A stretch of DNA of 64,000 nucleotides from Octopus sinensis (Eukaryota), in assembly GCF_006345805.1 (NCBI RefSeq), contig NC_043013.1, positions 13,950,001 through 14,014,000 of the forward strand, in the 5' to 3' direction. Shown in pieces: positions 60,298-64,000 of the stretch; the first letter of the stretch is position 1, and the number at the start of each line of letters is the position of its first letter. The notes under the pieces were generated by a model. It was not told the origin of the DNA. It was given only the letters and a program-made list of their open reading frames with translations, and ran no database searches. The position numbers and the translations under genes are program-made.

Positions 60298-62763
60298 GAT
60301 TAAACTAGAAATGTAAAGGCAAACAGACTAACAAGACTTGACAAGGCTGTATAATATAGGTCCATAATAGAAGATTTAGATAGACATTTACTGCTGTTTC
60401 TAGATCGTCCCAGCTACTGGAACATCATATCGAGCGAGGGGTCCATAAGGGTGAGTATTCTTTCGAAAAGAGATAGGTTTAACATACGTAACAGTGAATC
60501 AAGGGGAAACTATTTCTAGCTGCTTTAGAAAGGGAGTCAGAAAGTCATATTTTCAAATGCAGTTCCAAACGGAATTTTTGTGCCATACAATTTTTAGTAC
60601 CCAGAGGGCATACCTTGATTTCAGTCACACCGACGAAAAGTCCTCTTAATTGTGTTAAAGTTCGTTTTTAACCTAAAATATAATTTCCTTCAATAGAAAT
60701 ATTAATATTTCGAAATCTCTCTAAAGGAGACTACGGCAGTGGTACTGGATATTAATAATTATCACCAAGTTAACATGGTAGTCCCGGAAAATAGGATGAA
60801 TGCTGCCGTTGATTAGCTCCCAGAGGCCATCGCCTCTAGCTAGCTATGTAACACACGAACCAATGTCCATTATAACCAGTGTCCATTATAATTTCCTTCA
60901 TTTTCTGCAATGTTCTCCAAGGCCTCTCTTCCAAAATTCACTTCTCCGTGACGAAAAGTACTCCTCTACTATGGTTCTGACCTCGTCGACAAAAATTCAT
61001 ATTTTTTTCCATCCAAAAAACAGCATGCATGTTCTATACGAATTTAAATCGATTTCAATTAGTTTTAATACTGAATTCAATAAACAGCCTGTCAATACCT
61101 CAAGGAAAATATTTGGAATACATTGATATACGAGTAGTGTATTGTACATAAAGATGTCATTTGTTTTAGGATTACTTCTCAAAATACTTTGTTCCGCAAG
61201 TTACAAACCTGATGGGGGAATATGAATGGCTGTTCCATAGAAGCTGTTATTCCTCAACATATTAAAGAAGGCTGTTCTTTGCAGGTACAAAGGTACATAA
61301 TTATTTCCTATGTATATGTCTGTGCATAGTTACAAGTAAGCATTTCCTTTGCAGTAGGCATAAGTAGATTTTCCTATATAATTATGTAAATTCACTCCAT
61401 CATCCTATTTATTCTAGAAACATTAGGTGATTTTAATAGGAACAGCATAACTTGATATTATATAGAGAACATCACTAATATTCATAAACGTCAAAATAGC
61501 ACAAGGAATATTACATGATATAATACACATTATAGTATAAATGTAGATACCATTGCCGTCAAGATTTTCCTAAAGCTACCCAGTAAACATTAATTCGTAA
61601 GCCATAGTTATCATATTTCATAAGAAGAGATTTCTATATTATCACAACCAATATCAATCGAAGAAAACCTTCCAGTACGAGTCAACTTATGTAATTGCTA
61701 AATCCTTCATATCTGCTGTCTCAAACTTATGCGCTTCTTCTAATCATAAGACTCTACAAACAAAAGCTATCGGATGTAGACGGATAATTCGTTAAAAGAA
61801 AATGGCAATACATGAATACATACTAATATTGGGGATGACTCCGCATCACGTTACTATCGAATATGTATCCGCAGCTTAAACACTTATCGATAATTTTTTT
61901 AAATCGTTTGTTTCATTAAAAACTATGCAATCTCTAATACTTACTCACGTCTAGGTGTGATCGTTTTCTCTCTGGAAGTATATTAGACTTTGAAGAACTT
62001 AGTCAATAGTTAAGTCGTTAACAACATGTAGAACGTCCATTGCTATGTTCAGAGAAAGACTTAAAAATAAAGGAGTAAATTCGTTTATTTCGTATATAAA
62101 GGATGCATCGTCAACTGAAAAATACTGAATAAAAAATATTCTTGTCATTTGCATGAAATACCATTACGCATTTCCACATTTTTTGCTGAAGTCTGTTTTA
62201 GACATGAAAATAATGTTATATCCACACGCCTTCACTGCGTGTAGATGAAGTGCGTCTTCTACATACAAAAGGCGTAGTTTTCGACAACTAACAGAATACC
62301 CGACACCCGGGTTGAACCAGTGTGGTTGGAAAGCAAGCTATCACTCCAAATTGTTTATTTGCTTTCTATAAGTGAAACCTAATCTGTTAATTCAGACTTA
62401 GTTCCTTTGAATATCTGATACTGACGAATAGATAGCTACTTCGAAATGTATTCAACCATTAACTCATAAGAAAACCCTCCGAAGTGACCACCCGATGGCT
62501 TCTAAAGAACTATTTGGTCTTGGCAAGTCCTTTAAGACGCGATCACGTACATTTTAGTGTTGTATAGGAAAATGTGGGGCTTCTCTTCCTCCACGAGGAC
62601 CGCGCCCCCTTACAATCCCAGTGTATGTAATCTAAAAATAGATGAAAAACTCAGAAAGGATGTCTTCCTCGTCAGACTAATTCTTTTTTTAGTTCCATAA
62701 TATCGTAACCAATAAAACAACAACAACAACAACAACATAATAATAATAATAATAATAATAATG

Positions 62764-62772
<9 letters not shown>

Positions 62773-62807
<35 letters not shown>

Positions 62808-62934
62808 TTCACTTGTGATGAAATTTACCATGGTGAAATTACCGCGGTGGAATTTACTGGTAACCTATATATATAGGTTACCAGTAAATTCCACCGCGGT
62901 AAATTTCACCATGGTAAATTTCATCACAAGTGAA

Positions 62935-62968
<34 letters not shown>
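62773..62968. repeat. Loop-less palindrome centred at 62870/62871, built of nested palindromic subunits, with (AAT)n/(ATT)n outer arms
   Basis: ...ggtaacctatat|atataggttacc...; one 1-nt indel between the arms. Confidence 0.95.
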
Positions 62969-62976
<8 letters not shown>

Positions 62977-62978
62977 TA

Positions 62979-63500
62979 TACTATCATTAAAGACCCGTCG
63001 TTGCCGGGTCATAGTGCTAGTGCATGCATATATGTGTATATATATATGTGTACATATTACATGTACATCTATATATATATACATCTACACATAAAATACA
63101 AAATACAAAGTTATATCTTGATATCGCTAGTGATAACAATACTCAAAATATATAACAGACTGGAATTGTTTCGATCAATTGTATTCTTGTCCTCCCTCTT
63201 GTATAGAAGTCTGGGGGGGGCATTTTAAACTTTTATCCGGGACGTCCTACGCCCCAGATATAAAGGTAAAAATAAAATATTTCCACTTTGCAAGGTTCGA
63301 GTCGAGTACTCCCTTGCATGCTCCGTTGACTTGAACCTTGCTTCTATTGTGGCGAATTTACCACCTCTGGTTAGATACTTGATATCTTTCATAGTCGCAC
63401 CAAGACACTTTTCAATGGTGCTTTCCTTCAGGTGTTCAAATCGTTTTCTTCTTCTCTACATTGTATACTTTATAGGCAATAGTCTTTTCTTTAATTTAAT
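62979..63500 (+). mobile_element. Third copy of the 52210 Helitron-like family, 5' portion
   Basis: tactatcattaaagacccgtcgttgccgggtc... colinear with 52210-52730 apart from indels, then diverges. Confidence 0.75.
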
Positions 63501-64000
63501 TTTTTATTTCGTTTGGTGGTGTTATCCTAGATTCACCGTCTTTGTCGGTGATCAATCCGAAATAGGTTTGTATTTCTTCCATTTTAATTTTAATGAGTTC
63601 GCCGCCCGCCGACGGCTGCAGCGAAATTCATTTTTGGACTTTCTTCTATCGAAGGCATTCTACCAAAAATGCTTCCGTGTAAACGGTGAAAATATTGTCA
63701 ATTTCCCAAACAGGGATACAATTAATTTTTAAACAATAACCAAAGCTCCCAAAGGGAGCTTTCGTTATTGTTTAAAAGGTGAGGGTTACGGTTTACAATT
63801 ATTTAACAAATGCAACACAACAACGCTTCCCTTACGAGGAACCAACAAACGTGATAACAATAGTTAAACAGAAATAATAATAACAACAAACCTTACGGTA
63901 AACAAAAATGCAGTACTCTGTTGAAGCTATAGGCCTTTATGGATCAGAAATAAACCAACAGCGGTACTCAGTAGAAGCATCTTTCGTACAGCCAAACTTC

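Noticed and set aside
60388-60432. Hammerhead-like GAAACAGCAGTA with an upstream hairpin on the minus strand
   Set aside because: The CUGANGA box is not intact (ATATGATG) and the spacing is wrong; possibly a decayed copy.
61215-61275. FFNMLRNNSFYG resembling family-B DNA polymerase motif B (Polinton)
   Set aside because: The conserved Lys is missing, the spacing is off by one, and I found no motif A (D..SLYP) or C (YxDTDS) nearby.
62415-62690. CTGACGA motifs at ~62421 (+) and ~62672 (-)
   Set aside because: The first has no stem I complement; the second lacks GAAA after the hairpin.

Overview
Eukaryotic, AT-rich, repeat-saturated genomic DNA. It is most likely from an octopus; this is inferred from the SINE families and the long compound (TA)n/(AAT)n tracts, not from a database search. 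I find no intact host gene, no rRNA/tRNA gene and no CRISPR array. There is one 100-N assembly gap (4578-4677). The window is a graveyard of mobile elements: CR1/L2-group, RTE, R4/Dong, CRE and Tx1/L1 LINEs; Penelope-like elements (PLEs); four mariners; hAT remnants; three non-autonomous Helitron/Helentron-type insertions; and many tRNA-derived SINEs. It also holds a splice-site-bounded but decayed ankyrin-repeat exon (39472-39880, minus) and a 5.8-kb purine-rich 22/23-bp satellite (53355-59185). Most ORFs in the supplied track are microsatellite or satellite artefacts. The most interesting unexplained structure: (1) five different minimal type I hammerhead ribozyme motifs read directly from the sequence. 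One sits in a 432-bp ORF-less unit with a 42-bp terminal redundancy and a retained spliceosomal-type intron (31972-32445), like a retrozyme or solo PLE pseudo-LTR. (2) A 1.09-kb inverted duplication (35046-36132 / 51417-52505) whose junctions fit a ~16-kb inversion made by staggered breaks. (3) A SINE-Dong chain built on TAA tracts. (4) SINE/LINE 3'-tail sharing. (5) A satellite abutting a Helitron-like 3' end. (6) Two large fold-back palindromes. All family assignments come from motifs recognised by eye and need HMM/BLAST confirmation.
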